From positions 96,001 to 160,000 of the forward strand of contig JBIJDH010000001.1 in assembly GCA_044344255.1 (NCBI GenBank): a DNA stretch of 64,000 nucleotides, read 5' to 3'. Below the pieces are notes generated by a model. It did no database searches. It was not told the origin of the DNA and saw only the letters and a list, made by a program, of their open reading frames with translations. Numbering within the stretch: position 1 is the first letter of the stretch; the number at the start of each line of letters is the position of its first letter. The stretch is from Myxococcota bacterium (GTDB lineage: Bacteria > Myxococcota_A > UBA796 > UBA2385). Positions 37,513-47,405 of the stretch are shown here, piece after piece. The translations under genes were made by a program, and so were the position numbers.

Positions 37513-38547
37513 ATGCTGAAGCGCCTCGCCGCTGTGTCCCTGCTGCTCGCCCTTTCGGCCACCGCCTCCGCCACCCCGGCCCGCATCGACGGGCTGTCCC
37601 GGAACGGCGGCTTCACCGACGACAGCGACTTCTTCCTCTTCCCCTCGGTCCTCGGCGATGAGGGCCAGAACGTGTGGCTGCACTACGACGGCGCGGCCCA
37701 GGGCGGCATCTCCTGGGAGAACGACGTCACCCGAGCCCTCTACTTCAACCACGTGCCAGCGGGCGGCTCCACGGCCTCCGGCGCCCCCGCCGCCTGGGTC
37801 GCCACCTTCACCCAGGCCTCCGACGGCGCCGGCTTCAGCGGCCACATCGGCTGGGACGCCGCCACGCTCGAGCTCGGCGGCGCCTACGGCAAGGGCGAGG
37901 GCGGCGACGAGCCCACCAACTGGGCCCTCAGCGGCAACCTCCTCCTCCAGGGCCGCGTCCTCGACGACTCCACCACCAAGGACACCGAGAAGGCCGCTGC
38001 GGGCATCGACCTCACCTTCCGCCACCGCAAGCTGACCGACCAGTCGGCCCAGCTCATCTCGGTCGACGTCGATTACCGCGAGAAGGACCGCACCACCCTC
38101 ACCGGCGCCTTCCAGATCGGCCCCCGCTTCAACGCCGACGGCGTGGACGCTGCCCTCCTCTTCGGCCCCGTGCTCGGCATCACCTCGCTCGACGCCGAGG
38201 CCGGCAAGGACCTCTACGGCAAGGACGTTCCCACGATCCTCGCGGTCGACGTCCCCGTGGCCAACGTCGCCGCCGAGTACGCGGTGCGCGAGTGGATGTA
38301 CCTCCGCGGCGCCGCCACCGCCGGCTGGCACGTCGACACGCTCGTGGGCCTCAAGGACACCAAGGCCACCGACTTCCCGATGGTGTGGAGCTCCCGCGTC
38401 GGCGGCTCGATGGGCGCCGGCTTCAAGCAGGAGCACGCCAGCTTTGACCTCGCCGTGAACCCCGGCTGGGCCATCGGCGGCCCCTACTTCCTCTCCGGCG
38501 CCGCCAACCCGATGCTGGCCAGCATCTCGGCCCGCATCGACCTCTGA
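37513..38547 (+). CDS. Putative outer-membrane beta-barrel protein
   Basis: GGAG RBS; signal peptide ending ASA; alternating beta-strand pattern; C-terminal strand ISARIDL; strongly C/G-ending codons. Confidence 0.7.
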   Translation: MLKRLAAVSLLLALSATASATPARIDGLSRNGGFTDDSDFFLFPSVLGDEGQNVWLHYDGAAQGGISWENDVTRALYFNHVPAGGSTASGAPAAWVATFTQASDGAGFSGHIGWDAATLELGGAYGKGEGGDEPTNWALSGNLLLQGRVLDDSTTKDTEKAAAGIDLTFRHRKLTDQSAQLISVDVDYREKDRTTLTGAFQIGPRFNADGVDAALLFGPVLGITSLDAEAGKDLYGKDVPTILAVDVPVANVAAEYAVREWMYLRGAATAGWHVDTLVGLKDTKATDFPMVWSSRVGGSMGAGFKQEHASFDLAVNPGWAIGGPYFLSGAANPMLASISARIDL

Positions 38548-38568
38548 CCCAGGGCCGGAGCCGAACCC

Positions 38569-39147
38569 CTACATGATCCGCAGCTTGTAGGGGTTCTTCT
38601 CCTTCTTCTTCTCGGACTCGACGAGATCGGCCTCGGCGGCCTTGAGGACCTCCTTGAAGGTCTCGTTGTCGGGCTCGAAGGTCAGGGCGAACTTGATGTT
38701 CATCACGCCCGCCTTGTAGTTCTTGTCCTTGATGTCGCGCAGCGCCATCTTCCAGTAGCGCTCGGCCTTCGGGTGGGTGGCCGCGGCCTCGGGGTCGTTG
38801 GCCTTCTTGTCTGCGGCGGCCTGCTTCTCGGCGTCGTCGGTCATGCGCAGCGCGCCGCCCTCGAGGAGCTGATCGTAGCGGACGCGCTGCTCCGGGTCCT
38901 TGAGGCAGCGGTAGGCCTCGTTGACGAGCCGGTAGATGTCGTTGGCGCGGCTGGCGACCCCGGGGTCGCCCAGGCTGTTGAAGCGGTCGGGGTGGAGGCG
39001 ACGGCTCTCCTTGCGGAAGCCGACGCCGATGTCGTCTTGCACACAGGAGCGATCGGCCCCGAGGATGCGGTAGTAGTCAAGCTCGGGGAGGAGCTCGTGC
39101 AGCGCGTCGATCTCGACGCGCATACGGGTGCGGGGATCTGGCGCCAT
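38569..39147 (-). CDS. J-domain protein with TPR-like C-terminal helices
   Basis: DYYRILG, LHPDRF, NEAYRCLKDPEQRVRYD. Confidence 0.88.
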   Translation of the reverse strand: MAPDPRTRMRVEIDALHELLPELDYYRILGADRSCVQDDIGVGFRKESRRLHPDRFNSLGDPGVASRANDIYRLVNEAYRCLKDPEQRVRYDQLLEGGALRMTDDAEKQAAADKKANDPEAAATHPKAERYWKMALRDIKDKNYKAGVMNIKFALTFEPDNETFKEVLKAAEADLVESEKKKEKNPYKLRIM

Positions 39148-39186
39148 CCGGGACTCCCGAGTCGGGTGCCGGGCCGAGGCCCGGGA

Positions 39187-40749
<1,563 letters not shown>

Positions 40750-40805
40750 GTCCAACTCCTGTTTACCGAGAGGCCCCCCCGCCAAGGCGAGGGGCAACGA
40801 GCGCC

Positions 40806-41603
40806 TCATTCGCCTGAGCTTAGCAGCCCATCGAGCAAGAGGGCCAGCTCGTCATGAATGCGACCGTTCGTGGCGAGCAGCTGTCGCCCCTCCAGCCGAA
40901 AGGGGCCACCGCGGAGGTCGGTGACCCGGCCCCCCGCCTCCCGGACGAGCAGGGAGCCCGCCGCCATGTCCCAGGGGGCCAGGCCGAGCTCCCAGAAGCC
41001 GTCGGCCCGGCCGCTGGCGACGTGACAGAAATCAAGGGAGGCCGCCCCATTTCTGAGCACACCGTGGGCGCGCTCCAGCATCACCTGGACGAAGCGGAGG
41101 TAGTAGGCCGCTCGCTCTCGACGATCGTAGGGGAAGCCCGTGATCAGCAGGGAGTCGCCGAGGGTCGCGGCCCCGGACACCCGGATGGGCTGGCCGTCCC
41201 GGGCGGCCCCCCGGCCCTTCGCGGCGGTCCAGGTCTCGCCCCGGACCGGATCGTAGATGCAGCCGGCGACCACCTCGCCCTCCGCCTGAAAGCCGATCGA
41301 CACCGCGTACGCGGGGAAGCCGTGGACGAAGTTGGTGGTGCCGTCGAGCGGATCGATGACCCAGCGGGTCGCGGCCACCGAGGCCCCGCTCCCCTCCTCG
41401 GCCAGGACCGGCACCCCTGGGCAGCGCCGCTCCAGGAGCTCGACGATGCAGCGCTCGGCGGCGAGATCGACCTCCGTCACGAGGTCGATCGCCCCCTTGT
41501 GGGAGATCTGGCGCGGACCTCCCCGTTCGGTCACGGCGTCACGGATGAGGGCCCCCGCCGCCTGAGCGGCCTCAACCGCCACCTGGAGGTGCTCGACGCT
41601 CAT
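40806..41603 (-). CDS. suhB: Inositol monophosphatase family protein
   Basis: DLVTEVD, WVIDPLDGTTNF, WDMAAG. Confidence 0.9.
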   Translation of the reverse strand: MSVEHLQVAVEAAQAAGALIRDAVTERGGPRQISHKGAIDLVTEVDLAAERCIVELLERRCPGVPVLAEEGSGASVAATRWVIDPLDGTTNFVHGFPAYAVSIGFQAEGEVVAGCIYDPVRGETWTAAKGRGAARDGQPIRVSGAATLGDSLLITGFPYDRRERAAYYLRFVQVMLERAHGVLRNGAASLDFCHVASGRADGFWELGLAPWDMAAGSLLVREAGGRVTDLRGGPFRLEGRQLLATNGRIHDELALLLDGLLSSGE

Positions 41604-43600
41604 CCCGGGCTGCAGGTGAGCGCGCCCCCTGCCTCCGTGCAGGTCCAGGTGCCCGCCCCGCGCACCGTCACGGCGGCCTTGGCGTCGCCCACCGCCATCA
41701 TGCAGGTGGTGATGGACTCGAACTCCAGCCGCACCGAGCCGACGAACTCCTTCTTCTGCCCGTCGCCACAGGTGAGCTTGGCCTGCTTGCCCATGAGCGA
41801 GAATTTCACCTCGGCGGGGAAGGTGCCGCCGGAGCCAGCGCTCGAGCTCGAGCTCGAGCCGCTCGACGGTGGGGCGGTGGTCGTCTTCTTCGAGGCGCTG
41901 GAGCCGCTGGAGCTGGTAGACCCTGCGCTCGACCCGCCGCTGCTGGTCGTGCTTCGGCTGCTGCCCGAAGAGGTGCCGGTAGAGGAGCCGGCGGAGGAGC
42001 CAGTGGTGGAGCCGGCGCTGGTGCTGCGCCCGCCGCCCTTGCTCCCGGAGCCTCCGCTGGCGCTCGTCGAGCCGGTGCCCGTCGAGCCGGTGCTCGTCGA
42101 GCTGCGCGAAGAGGCGCCCGCGCTCCCCTCCGCCTTCGGCGGGGGCTGGGTGAGGTCCTCCTCCGTGGCAGCCCCATCCGCAGCGGCGTCATCGTCGGCG
42201 CTCCCCTCGTCACCGTCGGACTTGCCGTCGCCACCCGCGGCGCCCGCCTCGGCGGCGCCCTCACCCCGTGCGGCGCTCCCCTCTCCGCTGCCCTCAGGCA
42301 GCTCGGGGCGGCTGACGAAATAGTAGACACCACCGAGCCCCCCTGCGCCCAGGCACAGGAGGAACAGCACGACGAAGACGCCGACCACGACCTTGAGCGC
42401 GCCACCCCCTGCAGGAGCCGGCTCCGGCGAGGGGGGCGCCTCCTGGAGACCCGCGGAGGCGAAGGGAGAGGCCACCGCGATCGGCGCGGGGCCCGAGCGA
42501 GCGGGCGGCGCCGGGTTGGCCACCGGGGCGACGGGGCTCGGCGCCCAGGCGGCGGGAGGCGGGGCGGCGGGGCCCCTCTCCTGGGCGGGGCTCGAGCGGG
42601 CCGGGCGGGGCGGCGGCGCAGGGGGATCCAGCGGGCGGGGCGGCTCAGCGGCCCGGTGGAGGCCGCGCGGCGGGGGCAGCATGGCCGCCGCGCCCCCATA
42701 GGTGTTGTCGGGGGCCGGCGGCGGGGGGATTGGGGCCGTCTCCCGCGTACGCCCACGCCCCGGATCGAATCGGGCCCGCACCGGCTCGGAGCGGGCGCTG
42801 TCCTCTTCGTCCTCTTGGGCGAGGAGAGCCGCGATCTTGTCGGGAGACCAGAAGGCCGTCGACTCGCCCTTCGCGCTGGCCGCCTTTCGAATGCGCAGCG
42901 CCTGGGTGTGGGAGACCGGCCCGGAGATGCTGACGGGCCCGCCGAGTTCCTCCTCGAAGGGAGCCGGGGCTGCGCGCGCGCCGCCGGCGGCCCGCGCGGT
43001 GAGCAGGCGATCGGCCCAGTCTGAGAGCTCCTCCCCCGGGGTCTGCGCCGAGAGCTGGGCGAGCACGTTGGCGACGTCGAGGGCGGCGGGGCGCTCGGCG
43101 GGCTCATGGGCCAGCATCGAGCAGAGGAAGTGCACGACGTCGTCGAGCCAGCGCCTCCCCTGCAGCTCACCCCAGTCCAGCTGCTTGAGCCGATCTACGA
43201 TGTAGTCGTCGTGCGCGTCTCGATCGCGGGGGATGTCCCCCATCGGCTCGGACGCGAGGGCGGCGTGCAGGATGATGCCGAGGCCGTAGATGTCGGTGGC
43301 GATGCCGTTCGGCTGCCCTTCCGGAGCCCGGCCGCCTCGGCGACGGGCGCCGTAGCCATCGACGGCCACCGTCCCCCCCTCCTGGACCTTCACGCTCCCG
43401 GGCCGGAGGTCACCGTGAATGGCACGATCTTCCTCCGCGATCGTGAGGATGTCTGCGAGGTAGGAGATGAGCTCCAGGGCCGCCCGAACAGGCATGGGCC
43501 CACCCTGGAGCAGCTCGGAGAGGGGCTGCCCGGTGGCGTCGCCCTCGTCGTTGATCACCTGCCCCTGCGGACCGGGCTCTCTGGCGTACCAGCTGCTCAA
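41600..43600 (-). CDS. Membrane-anchored Ser/Thr-kinase-like protein (C-lobe only, probable pseudokinase)
   Basis: IHGDLRP, APE, DIYGLG, ERP; Pro-rich linker, one TM, Ser/Gly-rich region, Cys-containing end domain. Confidence 0.78.
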   Translation of the reverse strand: MSSWYAREPGPQGQVINDEGDATGQPLSELLQGGPMPVRAALELISYLADILTIAEEDRAIHGDLRPGSVKVQEGGTVAVDGYGARRRGGRAPEGQPNGIATDIYGLGIILHAALASEPMGDIPRDRDAHDDYIVDRLKQLDWGELQGRRWLDDVVHFLCSMLAHEPAERPAALDVANVLAQLSAQTPGEELSDWADRLLTARAAGGARAAPAPFEEELGGPVSISGPVSHTQALRIRKAASAKGESTAFWSPDKIAALLAQEDEEDSARSEPVRARFDPGRGRTRETAPIPPPPAPDNTYGGAAAMLPPPRGLHRAAEPPRPLDPPAPPPRPARSSPAQERGPAAPPPAAWAPSPVAPVANPAPPARSGPAPIAVASPFASAGLQEAPPSPEPAPAGGGALKVVVGVFVVLFLLCLGAGGLGGVYYFVSRPELPEGSGEGSAARGEGAAEAGAAGGDGKSDGDEGSADDDAAADGAATEEDLTQPPPKAEGSAGASSRSSTSTGSTGTGSTSASGGSGSKGGGRSTSAGSTTGSSAGSSTGTSSGSSRSTTSSGGSSAGSTSSSGSSASKKTTTAPPSSGSSSSSSAGSGGTFPAEVKFSLMGKQAKLTCGDGQKKEFVGSVRLEFESITTCMMAVGDAKAAVTVRGAGTWTCTEAGGALTCSPG

Positions 43601-45126
43601 GGGCGCTCCAGCTCCAGGATGAGGAGGCGGCGAGTCTGCTTGGGGTCGGCGCCCCCTTCGAAGGCCCGCATGACGGCCCCCATGAAGAAGCCCAGCATAG
43701 CGCTGTTGCCGCCACGATAGCGGGCCACCTGGTCGGGGTGCGCGGCGAGCACCGCCGCGATCTTCCCAAGAAGGGTGGCTTCATCGCCGATCTGTCGGAG
43801 GCCGCGCGCGTCGGCGATCGCGCCCGGATCACCGCCCTGCGCGCGCAGCTCGCCCAGGATGTCCCGAGCCTGGCCGCGGTTGACCCCGCCCGCGTCGAGG
43901 AGGCCTTGGAGGGCCACCAGCATGGCGGGCTGGAGGCGACCGAGGCCGAGCTCCTCCTTCGCGGCGCGGAGGAGCTCGCCCTGCGCCCACGCGGCCATCA
44001 ACCGCGGCGCGCCGCCAAGGCGGACGCACTCCTCAAAGAACTCGAGCACGACGGCATCTCCGAGGAGCACCCGCGCCTCGGCCTCGGACAGCTCTGTGCG
44101 GGCCTGAAGATCGCGAAGCCGCCGCTGATCGAGGTCCAGCAGGTGAGCGTGGAGCGGGGCGCCGGGGAGGGTTGCCGCGGCCTCCGCCACCATCGCCTCG
44201 CTCACCGCGAGGGGCAGGAGGTCTGGCTCGGGCAGGTAGCGGTAGTCGGCGGCCTCCTCCTTGCTGCGCAGGAGCGCAGTGTCCTTGCCCGTCCAAGTGC
44301 GGGTCTCGGGGAGGACGCGGCCCCCCGCCTCCAGGATGAAGGTCTGACGCTCGATCTCCGCGCGGAGGGCTCGGGCGACGAAGCGGAACGAGTTGACGTT
44401 CTTGACCTCTACCCGCGTCCCCCAGGGCGCCCCTTCGCGACAGACGCTGACGTTGGCGTCGCAGCGGAGGTGGCCCTTCTCCATGTCTCCGGTACAGACC
44501 CCCGCCTCGACGAGCACCCGGTGCAACATCCGCATCCAGGCCTCGGCCTCCTCGGGGCTGCGCAGATCCGGGCGCCCGACGATCTCGATCAGCGGCACGC
44601 CCCCTCGGTTCCAATCGACCGCGCTGCCGCCCGAGGCGTGGTGCATCCGCCCTGCGTCCTCCTCGAGGTGCACACGCTCCAGCTCAAAGCTGCGCCGGGA
44701 CCCGCCGATCTCGACCTCAATCTGACCCCCCGTACACAAGGGGCGGTCAAACTGCGTGATCTGATAGCCCTTCGGGAGGTCGGGGTAGAAGTAGTGCTTT
44801 CGCGCGAAGACGCTGCGCGCCTCGATCTTCGCGCCGAGGGCGACCCCGGCCCTCAGCGCGAGGGACACCGCGCCCTCGTTCAAGATCGGCAGCGTGCCGG
44901 GGTGGCCGAGGCAGATGGGGCAGACGTTCTGGTTCGGCCCGGCCTCGCCGTCGACGGGGCAGCCACAGAAGAGCTTGGTCCGAGTTCGAAGCTGCGCGTG
45001 ACACTCGAGGCCGATGATCGCCGTCCACCGCCCCGGCTCCCCGGAGCGGGAGGGGAGGCTCTCCGCGTCTCCAGGGCTCGCCGGCGGATGGTGCTGCACA
45101 GTCGCTCCTCGCCGCCGGCCTAACAC
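43597..45126 (-). CDS. gatB: Asp/Glu-tRNA amidotransferase subunit B (true start probably somewhat downstream)
   Basis: IGLECHAQL, YFYPDLPKGYQITQ, HLEEDAG, LRCDANVS, YRYLPEPDL. Confidence 0.95.
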   Translation of the reverse strand: MLGRRRGATVQHHPPASPGDAESLPSRSGEPGRWTAIIGLECHAQLRTRTKLFCGCPVDGEAGPNQNVCPICLGHPGTLPILNEGAVSLALRAGVALGAKIEARSVFARKHYFYPDLPKGYQITQFDRPLCTGGQIEVEIGGSRRSFELERVHLEEDAGRMHHASGGSAVDWNRGGVPLIEIVGRPDLRSPEEAEAWMRMLHRVLVEAGVCTGDMEKGHLRCDANVSVCREGAPWGTRVEVKNVNSFRFVARALRAEIERQTFILEAGGRVLPETRTWTGKDTALLRSKEEAADYRYLPEPDLLPLAVSEAMVAEAAATLPGAPLHAHLLDLDQRRLRDLQARTELSEAEARVLLGDAVVLEFFEECVRLGGAPRLMAAWAQGELLRAAKEELGLGRLQPAMLVALQGLLDAGGVNRGQARDILGELRAQGGDPGAIADARGLRQIGDEATLLGKIAAVLAAHPDQVARYRGGNSAMLGFFMGAVMRAFEGGADPKQTRRLLILELERP

Positions 45127-45261
45127 GCCGCAGATTGACAGGCCTCAGCCACGACGCGCCCCTCCACCCCCGGTGTCCGCCCGGGTGACGAAGCTGACCG
45201 CGGCTTGACCTCCCCGCAGGCGGACTGTGGCACTATGGGCCCTTCGACGGAGCGCTCGTTC

Positions 45262-45558
45262 ATGTCCGTCTCTCGTGTACCCGCCGCGCGCCCCCTCGCG
45301 GCCGCCGAGACCCCCACGCCATCCTACGTCTGGGTCGTCGAGGCGCCCTCGCTGCCGCCGGTTCAGGTGTCGGCGCGAAACTGGATCGTCGCGCTGGGCA
45401 TCGGCTTGCAGCGGCTCGGCGTCGAGCCGGACATCAACCGGCTCGCCTGCGAGCTGCTTCAGAACGGCTCCGCCATCGCCCACGACACCGAGAATGGCGT
45501 GCGCTACGTCGTCCGGCCGGCGACCGTCGCCGAGCTGGAGGCTCCCCCTCCGCGCTGA
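45262..45558 (+). CDS. Small hypothetical protein
   Basis: ARNWIVALG..L, LACELLQNG, RYVV; start uncertain (45235 or 45262). Confidence 0.6.
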   Translation: MSVSRVPAARPLAAAETPTPSYVWVVEAPSLPPVQVSARNWIVALGIGLQRLGVEPDINRLACELLQNGSAIAHDTENGVRYVVRPATVAELEAPPPR

Positions 45559-45589
45559 GCCGGGCGAAGCGGGAGGCAGCTCAAACGCG

Positions 45590-45628
45590 CACGAGGCGGG
45601 GGGTCGTCGCCGACCCGCCCGCCTCGTG
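45590..45628. terminator. Strong hairpin between convergent genes
   Basis: 11-bp plus 6-bp stem (CACGAGGCGGG-GGGTCG / CGACCC-g-CCCGCCTCGTG); loop reads GCGA on the minus strand. Confidence 0.7.
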
Positions 45629-45648
45629 GCCCGACCCAGAGGGTGGGC

Positions 45649-47280
45649 TCAGCCTTCGCAGTCGCCGTAGAGCGCGTACTCGATCTCGACCGTAGACCCG
45701 CCCTCGGGGACGTAGTCAGACTCGAAGTCGATCGAGTTGTCGGTGGGATTGTACTCCCAGCCGAGGGTCGAGCTCACGCCGTCGATACGCACAACGATCG
45801 TCTCGGGCACCGGCCAGTCGGTGAGCTCGAAGCTCGAGGTGTCCGAGGTGGAGCCCTCCGCCAAGGCCTCGAGGTGGGAGCCCCAGTCCGTCGCGCAGAT
45901 GCTGAGGAAGAGGCCGCCGGTGGCGACGACCGCCTCGTAGTAGCCGGTGTAGGCCGAAGCGGAGCTGCAGCCGCTCGGGTAGTCCCCCCCGATGGCGTGG
46001 AAGACGACGTCGTCGGGATCGGCCTTGAGGGACTGGAACTCCGCGACGTAGTACGCGTAGTTGTTGACGCTCTGCTCGTTCTCGTCGGACACGCCGACGA
46101 GGTTCAGCGTGGCCTCCTCGCGGATGAGGCCCCAGTTGCAGCCGCTGGAGTCGATGGCCTCGGCGAGGCAGGCCTCCTCGAGCATGAAGCCGCGCTCGGT
46201 GTTGCTGGCGTAGCTGCCTCCCAGGTTGATCATCGTGGTGATGGTCGACTGGGCGTCCGAGGCGCTGAAGGTGTTGTCGATGTAGAGGTCAGAGCCGTTG
46301 ATGCAGCCGTTGTCCTCCACCGTCGCGGCGACGTGGTAGTCGGCGTCGAGGCCGGCCATCGTCGAGACGAAGGTGCCGAAGTTCGTCTGCACGTTGATGA
46401 TGTCGTCGTCCATCGAGCAGGACTTGTCGACCGCGAAGATGATGTCGGTCATGCCCTTGATGGGCTGCTCGTAGGTGTCGAGGTTCGTGCCCGCGAGGGT
46501 GCCCGTGCCCTCCTGGGTCGCCATGACCTGGGGGGTGTAGGGGTCGTTCGAGTCGACGAAGAGGTAGGCGATGTCCGAGTACTCATCGTGCGGCAGGTAC
46601 GAGACCGACACGGTGGTGGACTCGTTCGGCGCGAGGGTCCAGGGGAGGGCGCCGAGGGCAGAGTCGTTCTCGAAGCTGACGTCGTCGGTCGAGGCGGTGT
46701 TGAACTCGAAGCCCGTCACGACGAGGTTCGCGTTCCCGATGTTCTTGATCGTGATCGGCTGGGCGGCGTCGCAGCCGATGAAGAGCGAGCCGAAGTCGTA
46801 CTCGGTGGGGCTGACCTCGATGACCGGGGCGATGCCCTCCCCGTTCAGGGTGACCTCCACCGTGGGCTCATCGGGATCATCCGACTCGATGAGGACGAGG
46901 CCCGGGGTGACCTCGGCCGTCACGGGGGCGAAGGTCACGGTGAACTGCGAGGTGCCGCCCGCCTGCACGAGGAAGGAGCTGATGACGCCCAGGGTGTAGG
47001 GGCCCGTCTCGTCTTCGATGTAGATGTCTTGGATGTGGAGGTCGCCCTCCCCCACGTTGGAGATGGTGACCACCGCCGAGTTCTCATCGGGGGGCGCCGC
47101 CTCGATGTTGACGTTGACCGAGCCGAAGTTCACGTTCATCGGATCCACGGCGATGTCGGGGGCGCCGTCTTCGATGTCCGTCTGCTCGCTGCTCTTGTCC
47201 TGCTTGATCTCGTAATCACTGCAGGCCAAGGCAAAGACGCCGAGGGCGGCGAGCAGGGCGCTGTTCTTGGTCATGTCCAT
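45649..47280 (-). CDS. Lipoprotein with two Ig-like (ASH/choice-of-anchor D) domains and a vWA domain
   Basis: ALAC lipobox; two P...FG..I.N.G..L repeats; DIIFAVDKSCSM MIDAS; VSDENE; ATGG. Confidence 0.85.
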   Translation of the reverse strand: MDMTKNSALLAALGVFALACSDYEIKQDKSSEQTDIEDGAPDIAVDPMNVNFGSVNVNIEAAPPDENSAVVTISNVGEGDLHIQDIYIEDETGPYTLGVISSFLVQAGGTSQFTVTFAPVTAEVTPGLVLIESDDPDEPTVEVTLNGEGIAPVIEVSPTEYDFGSLFIGCDAAQPITIKNIGNANLVVTGFEFNTASTDDVSFENDSALGALPWTLAPNESTTVSVSYLPHDEYSDIAYLFVDSNDPYTPQVMATQEGTGTLAGTNLDTYEQPIKGMTDIIFAVDKSCSMDDDIINVQTNFGTFVSTMAGLDADYHVAATVEDNGCINGSDLYIDNTFSASDAQSTITTMINLGGSYASNTERGFMLEEACLAEAIDSSGCNWGLIREEATLNLVGVSDENEQSVNNYAYYVAEFQSLKADPDDVVFHAIGGDYPSGCSSASAYTGYYEAVVATGGLFLSICATDWGSHLEALAEGSTSDTSSFELTDWPVPETIVVRIDGVSSTLGWEYNPTDNSIDFESDYVPEGGSTVEIEYALYGDCEG

Positions 47281-47405
47281 CTCCGATGCAGGAAGGCGGG
47301 GCCGCGGATCCAGAGCCGGGAGGGCGGGGGCCACACCGAGCTCTCTCGAGTTCTTCCCTGACTACGTGCCACGCGACGAGCGTGTGACAGGGCTTGGGGA
47401 GGATT

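Noticed and set aside
43597..45126. gatB without adjacent gatA/gatC
   Set aside because: Dispersed gat genes are common
45643..47361. 572-aa plus-strand ORF
   Set aside because: Antisense mirror of the vWA lipoprotein
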